A DNA stretch of 32,000 nt, taken from positions 1,200,001 to 1,232,000 of the forward strand of contig CP008936.1 in NCBI GenBank assembly GCA_000743035.1. Reading direction: 5' to 3'. Positions 1 to 9,249 of the stretch are shown piece after piece. The DNA comes from Candidatus Paracaedimonas acanthamoebae. Lineage in GTDB: Bacteria > Pseudomonadota > Alphaproteobacteria > Caedimonadales > Caedimonadaceae. The position numbers and the translations under genes were made by a program. The notes under the pieces are model-generated. The model did not search any database, had not been told where the DNA came from, and saw nothing but the letters and a program-made list of their open reading frames with translations. Position 1 is the first letter of the stretch, and each line of letters starts with the position of its first letter.

Positions 1-224
1 ACTTCTTTAATGACGTTAATTTTTTGTGCGCCACCATCTACGAGCATCACTGTGAATTCTGTTTGCTCTTCAGCAGCAGCAGCGGCAGGTGCAGCAGCAG
101 CAACGGCAACAGGTGCAGCAGCAGAAACGCCCCACTTTTCTTCAAGAAGCTTCGCAAGCTCAGCTGCCTCAAGAACACTCAATCCAGATAGATCGTCTAC
201 GATCTTTGCTAACTTTTCAGCCAT
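1..224 (-). CDS. rplL: 50S ribosomal protein L7/L12 (3' partial, runs off window edge)
   Basis: Minus-strand translation from the ATG (complement of 222-224) gives [75 protein letters not shown]. That is the L12 N-terminal domain, the Ala-rich hinge and the start of the C-terminal domain. A GGAGA SD lies ~6 nt upstream. The gene sits directly downstream of rplJ. Confidence 0.95.
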   Translation of the reverse strand, partial: MAEKLAKIVDDLSGLSVLEAAELAKLLEEKWGVSAAAPVAVAAAAPAAAAAEEQTEFTVMLVDGGAQKINVIKE

Positions 225-266
225 TTTATATCTCCTTTATCTCTTCAAAAACTATAATTACAATAA

Positions 267-776
267 TCAGCCTTTTTTGCTGTAAGCCGACACGACGCGT
301 GCAAGCTGCCCTGCAGGCGCTTGAACAACGCGAGCCAGTTTTCCAGCAGGAGCTTGTAGTATACCAATAATCTTTCCTCGCAATTCATCGAGAGAAGGCA
401 AGGTCGCAAGAGCTTGAACATCTGCCTTGCTGAGGAATTTATCCCCCATCGCGCCACAGACAATCTCAAGTTTTTGGTTATCATTGGCAAACTTTACAGC
501 AATACGCGCAGCTGCGATTGGATCAGATGAATAAGCTAATGCTGTTGGACCTTTTAAATGGTCTATCAACATCTCATAGCTTGTTCCCTTCACAGCCAAC
601 CGGGTCAAAGTGTTTTTAGTCACCTTGAATTGAGCTCCCGCATCATACATCTGACGACGTAGAGCTTGAGACTCAACAACAGTTAACCCAACCTGTCGCG
701 TAATGACAACAAGTCCAGCCTGATCAAGCGCGGATCGCATTGAAGCGATAAAGAGTTCTTTTTCTCTTTTTTCCAC
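267..776 (-). CDS. rplJ: 50S ribosomal protein L10
   Basis: The ORF-track product (..EKREKELFIASMRSALDQAGLVVITRQVGLTVVESQALRRQM..) is typical L10. The track ORF starts at a TTG (789-791). The GTG at 774-776 is preceded by AAGGAG with a 6-nt spacer, so I prefer it (169 aa). The stop is TGA at 267-269. Confidence 0.9.
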   Translation of the reverse strand: MEKREKELFIASMRSALDQAGLVVITRQVGLTVVESQALRRQMYDAGAQFKVTKNTLTRLAVKGTSYEMLIDHLKGPTALAYSSDPIAAARIAVKFANDNQKLEIVCGAMGDKFLSKADVQALATLPSLDELRGKIIGILQAPAGKLARVVQAPAGQLARVVSAYSKKG

Positions 777-1020
777 GGTTTTCTCCTTCAAGCTTCACAC
801 CACTCCTCATGAGCGGTGCTCGTTTAACAATTCTGCCCGGAAAGAGAAACACACTTAAAAATGATTGTGCCTTCTTCCGTCTATGTAGGCGGCAGACCAT
901 TAAAAACCAATGTCTACCTACAGTCTCGGACAGAGCGTAGGGAACTTCCCTACTAAGCAACACGAATTACTTCATGCTACATTTTCATACTTAGTTTGAG
1001 CAATATCTCAAATTAAGTTA
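777..1020 (-). promoter_or_regulatory. Candidate rplJ (L10) leader / autoregulatory 5' UTR
   Basis: A 244-nt non-coding gap lies between rplA and rplJ. On the minus strand it carries local stems, for example CCTAC..GTAGG and GTAGG..CCTAC around 880-940. Long structured L10 leaders are widespread in bacteria. Assignment is by position and visible stems only. Confidence 0.35.
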
Positions 1021-1716
1021 TTAACTTGCGAAATCGGCAAGATCAACACGCACAGATGGCCCCATTGTCGAACTTAAAGAAATTTTCTTCAAATACGCTC
1101 CTTTAATGCCACTTGGACGTGCCTTATTGATAACCTCTACAAACATCTTGATATTTTCAACGAGAGCTTTCTCTGTAAAACTTACTTTACCAACACCACC
1201 ATGAACAATCCCCGCCTTCTCAGCACGGTATTCAATTTGCCCACCTTTCGCAGCTTTCACAGCTTCAGCGACATTGGGTGTTACTGTTCCAAGTTTGGGA
1301 TTTGGCATAAGCCCTTTAGGTCCCAAAACCTTTCCAAGTTTTCCAACAACAAGCATCATGTCTGGCGTTGCGATACAACGATCAAAAGCAATTTCACCTT
1401 TCTGAACTTTATCAGCAAGATCATCAGTCCCGACAAAGTCAGCGCCTGCAGCTAGAGCTTCCTTGGCCTTTTCATCTTTTGCAAAAACAGCAACACGAAG
1501 CGTTTTACCTGTTCCATTAGGAAGCTGAATCATTCCACGCAAGCTTTGATCTGCCTTCCGCGTATCAATGTTTAAATTTAAAGCAATTTCTACTGTTTCA
1601 TCAAATTTCGCAGTCGCACGAGTCTTAATGATTTTAACAGCTTCTTCAAGAGAATAAGCTGCCACAGCATCCAAATTCTCGTAAGCTTTTTTAAGTCTTT
1701 TTCCAATTTTTGTCAT
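1021..1716 (-). CDS. rplA: 50S ribosomal protein L1
   Basis: The 231-aa ORF ([40 protein letters not shown]..) is a clear L1. It lies 3 nt downstream of rplK. Confidence 0.97.
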   Translation of the reverse strand: MTKIGKRLKKAYENLDAVAAYSLEEAVKIIKTRATAKFDETVEIALNLNIDTRKADQSLRGMIQLPNGTGKTLRVAVFAKDEKAKEALAAGADFVGTDDLADKVQKGEIAFDRCIATPDMMLVVGKLGKVLGPKGLMPNPKLGTVTPNVAEAVKAAKGGQIEYRAEKAGIVHGGVGKVSFTEKALVENIKMFVEVINKARPSGIKGAYLKKISLSSTMGPSVRVDLADFAS

Positions 1717-1719
1717 CGC

Positions 1720-2148
1720 TTACTCCACCACCTCAAGACCCATTGATCGCGCAGAACCAATAATCATTTGCACCGCAGCATCAACTGTAGTCGCATTAAG
1801 ATCAACCATTTTCTTTTGAGCAATCTCTTGAATTTGGCCCTTTGTTACTTTTCCAACCGTCCCTTTCCCTGGAGTCTGAGACCCCTTAGGAAGACCTGCA
1901 GCTTTCTTTAAAAAATAGCTGACGGGCGGAGTTTTTGTAACAAAACTAAATGAACGGTCTGAGTAAGCTGTAATAACCACAGGAATTGGCATCCCAGGCT
2001 CAAGCTCTTGTGTTTTCGCATTAAACGCCTTACAAAACTCCATAATATTGAGCCCCCTTTGACCCAAAGCTGGGCCAATTGGTGGAGATGGGTTTGCTTT
2101 TCCTGCAGGAACCTGCAGTTTAATATATCCTTCTATCTTTTTTGCCAT
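1720..2148 (-). CDS. rplK: 50S ribosomal protein L11
   Basis: The 142-aa ORF ([43 protein letters not shown]..) is canonical L11. Confidence 0.97.
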   Translation of the reverse strand: MAKKIEGYIKLQVPAGKANPSPPIGPALGQRGLNIMEFCKAFNAKTQELEPGMPIPVVITAYSDRSFSFVTKTPPVSYFLKKAAGLPKGSQTPGKGTVGKVTKGQIQEIAQKKMVDLNATTVDAAVQMIIGSARSMGLEVVE

Positions 2149-2248
2149 AGTATCCTCTACTTATCATTAAAGGGTGCGGTACGGTTTTGGCTTTCCTCCC
2201 GCATATTTGCTCTCTCTTAAGAGAACTGAACTCTACATACTCTTAATT
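2149..2248 (-). promoter_or_regulatory. Candidate rplKA leader (possible L1-binding site)
   Basis: The 100-nt nusG-rplK spacer contains, on the minus strand, ATGCGGGAGGAAAGCCAAAACCGTACCGCACCC with GCGG/CCGC pairing just upstream of the rplK SD. Assignment is by position only. Confidence 0.25.
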
Positions 2249-2785
2249 TTAGACTTTTTCAACCTGAGAAAAATCAAGATCTACTGGCGTTGAACGTCCA
2301 AAAATACTGACAGAAACTTTTAAGCGCTCTTTTTCCTCGTCTATCTCTTCTACAAGACCTGTAAATGTTGAGAAAGGACCATCAGAAACCCGCACTTGCT
2401 CACCAATCTCAAAGCTGAGCTTATGCTTAGGTTTCCCGACTCTTTCTTCAACCTGATTCATTAAGCGCTCAACCTCAAACTTACTGATAGGTGTCGGTTT
2501 ACCTTTCCCACCAAGAAAATTGGTTACTTTTGGAGTATTCTTAATTAAATGCCACGTTTCATCTGAAAGAGCCATTTGAACCAAGACATATCCTGGGAAA
2601 AACTGCCGCTCTGAGCTAATTTTTTCACCTTTTTTAATTTCAATAACTTCTTCAGTAGGAACAAGAACTTGAGAAATTTGATCATCAAGACCTTTCTTTT
2701 GAGCTTGTTCACGAATTGTTTCAGCAACTTTCTTTTCTGATCCTGAGTAAACATGGACCACATACCAACGAAGTGACTCTGACAT
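2249..2785 (-). CDS. nusG: Transcription termination/antitermination factor NusG
   Basis: NusG homology starts at MSESLRWYVVHVYSGSEKKV, whose ATG is the complement of 2783-2785. It continues through the KOW region (..GEQVRVSDGPFSTFTGLVEEID..). The 254-aa track ORF extends upstream through secE in another frame and is not credible. Confidence 0.95.
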   Translation of the reverse strand: MSESLRWYVVHVYSGSEKKVAETIREQAQKKGLDDQISQVLVPTEEVIEIKKGEKISSERQFFPGYVLVQMALSDETWHLIKNTPKVTNFLGGKGKPTPISKFEVERLMNQVEERVGKPKHKLSFEIGEQVRVSDGPFSTFTGLVEEIDEEKERLKVSVSIFGRSTPVDLDFSQVEKV

Positions 2786-2799
2786 GTAATTATTAATCC

Positions 2800-2988
2800 T
2801 TATCCCAGAATAAGCTGCACAATAAAATGAATAAAACCATCTGCCGCTAAGAAAAACAAAGCTGCTAACACAGAGAGAATCACAACCATCATAACGGTGA
2901 CCATTGTTTCTTTCCGAGTTGGCCAAGTGACTTTTCCAATCTCTTGCCGGACTTGACGTATAAACATTATTGGACTTGCTTTTGCCAT
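2800..2988 (-). CDS. secE: Preprotein translocase subunit SecE
   Basis: The 62-aa ORF is MAKASPIMFIRQVRQEIGKVTWPTRKETMVTVMMVVILSVLAALFFLAADGFIHFIV. It has the conserved KV.WP motif plus a single TM segment. It holds the canonical position between tRNA-Trp and nusG. Confidence 0.9.
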   Translation of the reverse strand: MAKASPIMFIRQVRQEIGKVTWPTRKETMVTVMMVVILSVLAALFFLAADGFIHFIVQLILG

Positions 2989-3032
2989 AAGCTTTCTTTC
3001 TCGCTAACCCCATAAAAATTTGTTCATTAATT

Positions 3033-3108
3033 TGGCAGGAGTGGAGGGGATCGAACCCACAGCCTTCGGTTTTGGAGACCGACGCTCTGCCAATTGAGCT
3101 ACACTCCT
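3033..3108 (-). tRNA. trnW: tRNA-Trp (anticodon CCA)
   Basis: Minus strand: AGGAGTG TA GCTC AATTGGCA GAGC G TCGGT CTCCAAA ACCGA AGGCT GTGGG TTCGATC CCCTC CACTCCT G CCA. This is a full cloverleaf with one U-U mismatch in the T stem. CCA is encoded. Confidence 0.92.
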
Positions 3109-3211
3109 AAACAATTGCAGCATCAAAATCAAGGGCTTTTTATTTATAGATTATTTGAAGCCAAGGTTTGAACAATTAAAGCTTTAGCCTTTGACCTCAA
3201 ATTACCCTAAA

Positions 3212-4402
3212 CTAAGCCAGTATTTTAGTGACGACACCGGCACCGACAGTACGACCACCTTCACGAACTGCAAAGCGTAAACCTTCATCCATCGCAACAG
3301 GCGCTATAAGCTCTGCTGTAAGCTTAATGTTATCTCCAGGCATAACCATCTCAACTCCATCAGGAAGCTTCACTGTCCCTGTGACATCCGTCGTCCGGAA
3401 GTAAAACTGGGGACGATAGTTATCAAAAAATGGCGTATGACGACCACCCTCTTCCTTCGTCAAAATAACAACTTCTGCCTCAAACTTCGTATGCGGGGTG
3501 ATCGTCCCAGGAGCCGCCAATACCTGACCTCGCTCAACATCTTCACGACCAACTCCTCGCAAAAGCGCACCAATGTTATCTCCAGCCTCTCCTCGATCAA
3601 GAAGCTTACGAAACATCTCAACTCCCGTCACCGTCGACTTCACTGTATCCTTAATACCCACAATCTCAATTTCTTGACCAACATTAATAACACCTCGCTC
3701 AACGCGGCCCGTCACAACAGTCCCACGACCAGAAATTGAAAACACATCTTCAATCGGCATCAAAAATGGCTTCTCAACATCACGAGCAGGCTGCGGTATA
3801 TATGAATCAACCGCGGCCATCAATGCTAAGATCGCTTCCTTCCCAATCTTGTCCTCACGACCCTCAAGCGCACATAACGCTGATCCCTTAACAATCGGTA
3901 TCTCTTCCCCAGGAAACCCATAAGAAGTCAACAAATCTCTAATCTCTAACTCAACCAAATCCAATAACTCTGGATCGTCAACCATATCAACCTTATTCAT
4001 AAACACAACCAACGCTGGCACGTTAACCTGGCGCGCCAACAAAATGTGCTCACGTGTCTGTGGCATCGGACCATCTGCCGCAGAAACAACCAATATACCG
4101 CCGTCCATCTGCGCCGCACCCGTAATCATGTTCTTAACATAGTCCGCGTGACCAGGACAGTCTACGTGCGCATAGTGACGATTTGCCGTCTCATACTCAA
4201 CGTGCGCCGTCGAAATCGTAATACCGCGAGCCTTCTCTTCAGGCGCCTTGTCAATCTGATCATACGCCGTAAACGTCGCCCCACCAGTCTCCGCCAATAC
4301 CTTCGTTATCGCCGCCGTCAATGTCGTCTTACCATGGTCAACGTGACCAATCGTTCCTACGTTGCAATGCGGCTTATTACGCTCAAACTTCGCCTTACTC
4401 AT
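3212..4402 (-). CDS. tuf: Elongation factor Tu
   Basis: The 396-aa ORF carries the [14 protein letters not shown] and NKVD GTPase motifs and has full-length EF-Tu similarity. Confidence 0.99.
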   Translation of the reverse strand: MSKAKFERNKPHCNVGTIGHVDHGKTTLTAAITKVLAETGGATFTAYDQIDKAPEEKARGITISTAHVEYETANRHYAHVDCPGHADYVKNMITGAAQMDGGILVVSAADGPMPQTREHILLARQVNVPALVVFMNKVDMVDDPELLDLVELEIRDLLTSYGFPGEEIPIVKGSALCALEGREDKIGKEAILALMAAVDSYIPQPARDVEKPFLMPIEDVFSISGRGTVVTGRVERGVINVGQEIEIVGIKDTVKSTVTGVEMFRKLLDRGEAGDNIGALLRGVGREDVERGQVLAAPGTITPHTKFEAEVVILTKEEGGRHTPFFDNYRPQFYFRTTDVTGTVKLPDGVEMVMPGDNIKLTAELIAPVAMDEGLRFAVREGGRTVGAGVVTKILA

Positions 4403-4443
4403 ATTTTATCACTCCTCAAGATCTAATTTATATCTGCGGCTAG

Positions 4444-4517
4444 TGGAGCGGGTGAAGGGAATCGAACCCTCCTCACCAGCTTGGAAGGCTGGAGCTTTAC
4501 CACTAAGCTACACCCGC
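4444..4517 (-). tRNA. trnG: tRNA-Gly (anticodon TCC)
   Basis: Minus strand: GCGGGTG TA GCTT AGTGGTA AAGC T CCAGC CTTCCAA GCTGG TGAG GAGGG TTCGATT CCCTT CACCCGC T CCA. It is 74 nt with CCA encoded. Confidence 0.93.
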
Positions 4518-4562
4518 GAACTACCTATGATTCACCTTACTATTCCTAAACAACCTTAGGAA

Positions 4563-4648
4563 TGGTGGAGGGAGTAGGATTTGAACCTACGTAGACATAC
4601 GTCGGCAGATTTACAGTCTGCTGCCTTTGACCGCTCGGCCATCCCTCC
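4563..4648 (-). tRNA. trnY: tRNA-Tyr (anticodon GTA), long variable arm
   Basis: Minus strand: GGAGGGA TG GCC GAGCGGTCAAA GGC A GCAGA CTGTAAA TCTGC CGACGTATGTCTACGTA GTAGG TTCAAAT CCTAC TCCCTCC A CCA. It is 86 nt. Confidence 0.93.
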
Positions 4649-4683
4649 AGACGAAGATGAAAGCATTATAACTTATTAGGCGA

Positions 4684-4711
4684 TCTATAAGGATTTCTAC
4701 AAAGATGTCAA
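4684..4711 (-). promoter_or_regulatory. Candidate sigma70-type promoter for the tRNA-Tyr/tRNA-Gly/tuf transcription unit
   Basis: On the minus strand, TTGACA (complement of 4706-4711) is followed by a 16-nt spacer and TATAGA (complement of 4684-4689). The element lies ~35 nt upstream of the mature tRNA-Tyr 5' end. Confidence 0.45.
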
Positions 4712-4812
4712 CCTGAATATCTCTCATTTTATTTATATTTTTTTATTGTGTCGTTTATAAAGCTATTTTATAAGGCCTTGCTCAAAGGCAAAACCTACTT
4801 TAGAATTTTATT

Positions 4813-6603
4813 ATGCTTGATTTTTCATGCTCTACATCAATTACAGGAAAACGCTGGCAAGAAAAGTCTTGTGATTCCCGTCTTGCATTTGCGCTCTCTC
4901 AACGCTTAGACGAACCCGAAATTGTAGGACGGCTTCTCGCAAGTCGAAATATTACTCTTGAAGAAGCTCCTGATTTTTTAACACCTTCTTTAAAAAACTT
5001 ACTTGTTGACCCCTCTCATCTTCACGATTTGACCAACGCTGTCCAAAGAATTATCCAAGCGGCTGAAAAAAAAGAAAAAATATGCATCTTTGGGGATTAT
5101 GATGTAGATGGCGCAACATCAACAGCCCTCTTATATCGCTATTTTAAACAAATTGGCATTCATGTAGATTTTTACATTCCTGACCGCCTTCAAGAAGGCT
5201 ACGGACCAAATATACTTGCCTTAAAAAAGCTTCATCAATCGGGTATTGATCTTATTATTACTGTCGATTGCGGAACAACTTCTCATGCTCCCCTCCAAAC
5301 AGCTAAAGACATAGGCCTTGATGTTATCGTGATTGACCATCATGTCGGAGAACCAAAATTGCCCTCAGCGGTTGCAATTGTGAATCCTAACCGTTTAGAT
5401 CAAGAAAGTTCATGCCAAACATTGGCTGCCGTCGGCGTAAGCTTTTTATTACTCATTGCGCTTAATCGAGCTCTCCGCCAACAAGGTTATTTCACATCTT
5501 TTCCTGAACCTAACCTTCTTCAATTTCTTGATTTAGTAGCATTAGGAACAGTCTGCGATGTCATGCCTTTGCAGAAGCTTAATCGTGCTTTTGTTACGCA
5601 AGGATTAAAAGTGATGGCCCAACGACAAAATTTGGGCCTTAAAACACTCATGGATATGGCTTCTTTGCAAGAAACCCCTTCAGCTTATCATTTAGGATTT
5701 ATATTAGGGCCTCGCATCAATGCTGGAGGCCGCGTTGGAAAATCGACTCATGGTGTTACCCTTTTAACAACGGATGATCCAGCTCTAGCCCAAAAAATTG
5801 CTCAAGAACTTGAGATCTTCAACTGTGAACGTCAAGCGATTGAGGCAGAAGTCCTTAAAGAAGCTCATCACCAAGCAGAAATCGAAGTCAACCAAAACTC
5901 CATTTTAATTGTTGAAAGCGCCCAATGGCACCCTGGAGTTATAGGAATTGTTGCGGGCCGCCTCAAAGATCATTACCATCGTCCAACATTAGTCATTAGT
6001 TTTGATGAGAATAATATTGGAAAAGGTTCTGGACGTTCTATTCCTGGCATTGATCTAGGCTCCCTTATTCAAGCTGCGCGTCAAAGTAATCTTATTCTTG
6101 CAGGGGGAGGGCACCCCATGGCGGCAGGTTTTACAATTGAGAAAACAAAGCTTGAACCCTTCAAAACCTTCTTAAATGAGCGTATTCAAGCGCTTAAGAT
6201 TGACTTAGTCCCCTGCTTAACAATTGATGGCTATCTTTCATTAGGCTCAGCCACTCCTGAATTATTGCATAAATTGGAACGTTTAGCACCTTATGGACAA
6301 GGCAATCCTACCCCGCGATTTGTCTTTTCGAATATCCGCATTCTTCATGCTGAAATTGTTGGTAACATTCACATTAAATGTCAATTAGGAACTTTAGAAG
6401 GAAGTCGACTTCAAGCCATTGCTTTTAAAAGCTGTGAAACAACCTTAGGTCCCGCCCTCTTAAATCATTCTGGGCGCCTTTTTCATATACTTGGGACTTT
6501 AAAACTTGATTCTTGGCTAGGTCAGAATCGTGTCCAACTCTCAATTGAAGACGCCATTTTAGCATCCGAGGTGCCTCTCCTCAAACCAACAAGTTCACTG
6601 TGA
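4813..6603 (+). CDS. recJ: Single-stranded-DNA-specific exonuclease RecJ
   Basis: The 596-aa ORF has DHH-family motifs (IFGDYDVDGATS, ITVDCG, VIDHH) and a DHHA1 region (GGGHPMAAG). Confidence 0.95.
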   Translation: MLDFSCSTSITGKRWQEKSCDSRLAFALSQRLDEPEIVGRLLASRNITLEEAPDFLTPSLKNLLVDPSHLHDLTNAVQRIIQAAEKKEKICIFGDYDVDGATSTALLYRYFKQIGIHVDFYIPDRLQEGYGPNILALKKLHQSGIDLIITVDCGTTSHAPLQTAKDIGLDVIVIDHHVGEPKLPSAVAIVNPNRLDQESSCQTLAAVGVSFLLLIALNRALRQQGYFTSFPEPNLLQFLDLVALGTVCDVMPLQKLNRAFVTQGLKVMAQRQNLGLKTLMDMASLQETPSAYHLGFILGPRINAGGRVGKSTHGVTLLTTDDPALAQKIAQELEIFNCERQAIEAEVLKEAHHQAEIEVNQNSILIVESAQWHPGVIGIVAGRLKDHYHRPTLVISFDENNIGKGSGRSIPGIDLGSLIQAARQSNLILAGGGHPMAAGFTIEKTKLEPFKTFLNERIQALKIDLVPCLTIDGYLSLGSATPELLHKLERLAPYGQGNPTPRFVFSNIRILHAEIVGNIHIKCQLGTLEGSRLQAIAFKSCETTLGPALLNHSGRLFHILGTLKLDSWLGQNRVQLSIEDAILASEVPLLKPTSSL

Positions 6604-7343
6604 TGCCACTTTTCGCCAAAAAGACAGGCAGAAAAATACTTGATTTTATTTTACCCCCTCAATGCATTAATTGTTCCACTCGGGTACTTCAACAAGGAGG
6701 TCTTTGCGCAGATTGCTGGGAGAAAATTTCCTTTATTAGCAAACCATTCTGCTTTTTTTGCAGTTTTCCCTTTAATATTCAAATTGAAGATGAGAGCGTT
6801 TGTGGTCCGTGCGCTCGCAAAAGACCTCTTTTTACAAGAGCGCGTACTGCCATCTATTATAACGAAGCAAGCAAGCCTATGATTCTACGTTTTAAACATG
6901 CAGATGCGCTTCATATAACGCCTCTTTTTGCTGAATGGCTTTATCAAGCTGGTCAAGACCTATTTCAACAAGCTGAATATCTTGTCCCCATCCCTTTGCA
7001 TTGGAGCCGTCTTGTCTATAGAGGATACAATCAAGCCGCTCTATTAAGCCATAAGCTCAGCAAGAAAGCAAAAATACCTCACTTACCTGACCTTCTTGAG
7101 CGTAACCGAAGAACCCCTTCACAAGGTGACTTAACAGCCAAAGAACGTGAAAAAAATGTTTCTAATGCATTTAAATTAAAAGAAAAGTATAAACAACTCA
7201 TTCGCAATAAGCATATCTTACTTATTGACGATGTTTTCACATCAGGCGCAACTGTGCGAGCTTGTACTAAGGTTTTAAAAAAATCTGGCGCCAAACAAGT
7301 AGATATACTAACATTAGCAAGAGTTATTAAACCAGAGATTTGA
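6600..7343 (+). CDS. comF: ComF family protein (phosphoribosyltransferase domain)
   Basis: The N-terminus has Cys-rich zinc-finger-like pairs (CINC..CADC, CFFC..CGPC). The C-terminus has the PRTase motif ILLIDDVFTSGAT. The start is either GTG 6600 or ATG 6603, and both overlap the recJ TGA stop (6601-6603). Confidence 0.85.
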   Translation: MMPLFAKKTGRKILDFILPPQCINCSTRVLQQGGLCADCWEKISFISKPFCFFCSFPFNIQIEDESVCGPCARKRPLFTRARTAIYYNEASKPMILRFKHADALHITPLFAEWLYQAGQDLFQQAEYLVPIPLHWSRLVYRGYNQAALLSHKLSKKAKIPHLPDLLERNRRTPSQGDLTAKEREKNVSNAFKLKEKYKQLIRNKHILLIDDVFTSGATVRACTKVLKKSGAKQVDILTLARVIKPEI

Positions 7344-7350
7344 GATTAAT

Positions 7351-7620
7351 ATGACCACCTCACAAAAGAATATCATTATTATTTATTCTACACCGGTCTG
7401 TCCCTATTGTACGCTTGCAAAAAATCTTTTAACAAGAAAAGGCCTTACATTTACTGAAATTGATGTCTCAGCCCCTAAAGATCGCATCGCTCTTATTGAG
7501 AAAACAGGCGGCCGCAAGACAGTACCTCAAATCTTTATTAATAACATCCACATTGGTGGGTATGACGATTTGGCCTCTTTTAATCAGAGTGGTGAATTAG
7601 ATAACTTATTGCTGAAATAA
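7351..7620 (+). CDS. grxC: Glutaredoxin 3
   Basis: The 89-aa ORF has the CPYC active site, TVPQIFI and GGYDD motifs. It lies 7 nt downstream of comF. Confidence 0.93.
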   Translation: MTTSQKNIIIIYSTPVCPYCTLAKNLLTRKGLTFTEIDVSAPKDRIALIEKTGGRKTVPQIFINNIHIGGYDDLASFNQSGELDNLLLK

Positions 7621-7845
7621 ATGAAAATATGCTTAAAATGTTAATTTTTTTAATTGATTATCTTAAATAAATATTTTCTTGCAAATATTTCGTTTTCTCT
7701 TTTTTTATTATTCCCATAAATATTTTCCAAAAAATCAACAAAAAACCCCCTAAAAATTCTATATATTTTATGTTTGCTAATTAGCTCTTATCAAGCTAAT
7801 TGTTTAATGTTAGAGTTTTTAAGTTTAACAAAGAAGGAAGTAAAC

Positions 7846-8118
7846 ATGACAAAATCTGAATTAGTTGCTACAATCTCTCAACACTTTAAAACAAAAGCGG
7901 AAGCAGAACGTGCCCTCGAAGCAGTTCTTGAATCTATTCAAGGCAGCTTAAAGAAAGGTGAAGATGTTCGCATCGTTGGATTTGGTACTTTCAGTGTAAG
8001 CAAAAGAGCTGCTCGTACAGGACGCAATCCTCGTACAGGCCAAGAAATTAAGATTCCTGCGACAAAAACTCCTACATTCAGAGCAGGAAAAGAACTTAAA
8101 GAAGCTGTCAATAAGTAA
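7846..8118 (+). CDS. hupB: HU family DNA-binding protein
   Basis: The product MTKSELVATISQHF..VRIVGFGTFSVSKRAARTGRNPRTGQEIKIPATKTPTFRAGKELKEAVNK is 90 aa. Its ATG at 7846 is preceded by AAGGAAG. The upstream 24 codons of the track ORF are AT-rich leader. Confidence 0.93.
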   Translation: MTKSELVATISQHFKTKAEAERALEAVLESIQGSLKKGEDVRIVGFGTFSVSKRAARTGRNPRTGQEIKIPATKTPTFRAGKELKEAVNK

Positions 8119-8137
8119 TCCGTTAACAGTTTCAAAA

Positions 8138-8177
8138 ATAAGCCTATAAGATTTTATCTTACAGGCTTATTTTTTTC
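8138..8177 (+). terminator. Rho-independent terminator of hupB
   Basis: ATAAGCCT (8138-8145) pairs with AGGCTTAT (8163-8170). An inner extension TAAG/CTTA adds to the stem around a 7-nt loop. A T7 run follows. Confidence 0.75.
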
Positions 8178-8182
8178 TCAAA

Positions 8183-8201
8183 AAAACGCTAAAAGCGTTT
8201 T
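8183..8201 (-). terminator. Second hairpin, terminator-like when read on the minus strand
   Basis: AAAACGCT AAA AGCGTTTT is a perfect 8-bp stem. On the minus strand it is followed by a T-run (complement of the A-run at 8177-8183). It may stop read-through from the right. Confidence 0.35.
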
Positions 8202-8329
8202 CCTATTCTAGATTTATTCTTTTATCTCTGCGCAATTAGCATGTAATTTTTGCATCTCTGGATTTCAGAAATTAAATTTGAATTTTTGACAAAAAAACCT
8301 ATATCAGAAATAAGAAATATTAATTTAAT

Positions 8330-9226
8330 TTGAGAAAACATATGTATAATTGTTTTTTAACATCCATTTTATTCTCTATTTTAATTGCCTTTTTGACCAG
8401 AGCTTATGGGTCAGACGCTATTACTGACGAGGATTTCACTCTTCTTACTCAAATTCCTGCATCTGTTAAAAATCTTTTTCCTGATAAGTTTAGCGGAGAG
8501 CAAATTGCAGAATTTTATAAAAGCAAACAAATAGTAACCCCCAAAGGCACTTTTTCCGCGGGCGATGACTTCCATCAGACAAAGCCATATTCTTTCCAAA
8601 TTATAACGGGAACCTATAGCGCGTTTGCAAGCCATATTTCCTTCACTGGAAATATTGAGGTTGGAGAAAATTGCTTATGGGGTACCTATTCTTTTAAGAG
8701 CCCATATAGCACTTTTTATAATAGGATATTTAAAATTAAGCTTATTGGCGATTCTTTTAAGATCTTTAATCTAGCCGATTCCATCTTAGGTGACAAAGAT
8801 TTTATCAGTTCGCCAACCCAACCTCTTAAAGATGCCAGTTTTTACCTTATAAAAAATACAGATGAAACATTCTTTCGCCAAACAAGTTGTATCCATCGTC
8901 TTAACAACAATATTAAAAACTGGCTTTTGATCTTAAAGCAACTACAAGGAGAAAATATTTACGCTTTGCAAGAGGAAGAACGTAACATCCGAGCTGAAGA
9001 ACTATTTACGGAGTATCTTTATAAAAATAATTTTATGCTAAATGATCAAGGAATATTAAGTATGGAGGAGTATGTTGATATAAATAAAGACTTACGCACC
9101 AAAATCTTTGCTTGTCATGGTGTTCATCTTAATGATATCCTAGATGTTATTATAAGAGAGGATGTCATTAAACTTTATGAGAGGAAGCTATACTTTATAA
9201 GTATTAAATCATTTGAAGAAGAATAA
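8330..9226 (+). CDS. Hypothetical protein with N-terminal signal peptide (no family recognised)
   Basis: The 298-aa ORF starts at TTG 8330, with an alternative ATG at 8342. The N-terminus MRKHMYNCFLTSILFSILIAFLTRAYG/SD looks like a Sec signal peptide. The gene is very AT-rich (hand count ~25-28% GC in sampled 60-nt lines). I see no motif I can name. Confidence 0.6.
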   Translation: MRKHMYNCFLTSILFSILIAFLTRAYGSDAITDEDFTLLTQIPASVKNLFPDKFSGEQIAEFYKSKQIVTPKGTFSAGDDFHQTKPYSFQIITGTYSAFASHISFTGNIEVGENCLWGTYSFKSPYSTFYNRIFKIKLIGDSFKIFNLADSILGDKDFISSPTQPLKDASFYLIKNTDETFFRQTSCIHRLNNNIKNWLLILKQLQGENIYALQEEERNIRAEELFTEYLYKNNFMLNDQGILSMEEYVDINKDLRTKIFACHGVHLNDILDVIIREDVIKLYERKLYFISIKSFEEE

Positions 9227-9249
9227 CTTTTTTTGATTGGCTTAAGTAA

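Noticed and set aside
10-370. Two plus-strand ORFs (10-285 and 89-370) and a (GCA/CAG)n-like trinucleotide run at ~70-125.
   Set aside because: Both ORFs are antisense shadows of rplL/rplJ. The trinucleotide periodicity is the Ala-rich flexible hinge of L7/L12 (GCT/GCA codons on the minus strand). It is neither a microsatellite nor a poly-Q/poly-A protein.
2249-3013. A 254-aa nusG ORF extending to 3013.
   Set aside because: The upstream 76 codons overlap the secE gene (2800-2988) in another frame and have no NusG similarity. The NGN domain begins at MSESLRWYVVHVYSG (start 2785).
3437-4426. Plus-strand ORFs of 100 and 126 aa inside tuf, rich in Arg, Asn and Thr.
   Set aside because: They are antisense to a highly conserved, highly expressed gene. 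Their low-complexity composition is typical of shadow ORFs.
4362-4559. A 65-aa plus-strand ORF between tuf and tRNA-Tyr.
   Set aside because: It spans tRNA-Gly (4444-4517) on the opposite strand, and its open frame is a by-product of the GC-rich tRNA sequence.
7774-8118. A 114-aa HU ORF starting at 7774.
   Set aside because: The first 24 codons are AT-rich leader with no HU similarity. The ATG at 7846 has an AAGGAAG SD and yields the standard 90-aa HU.
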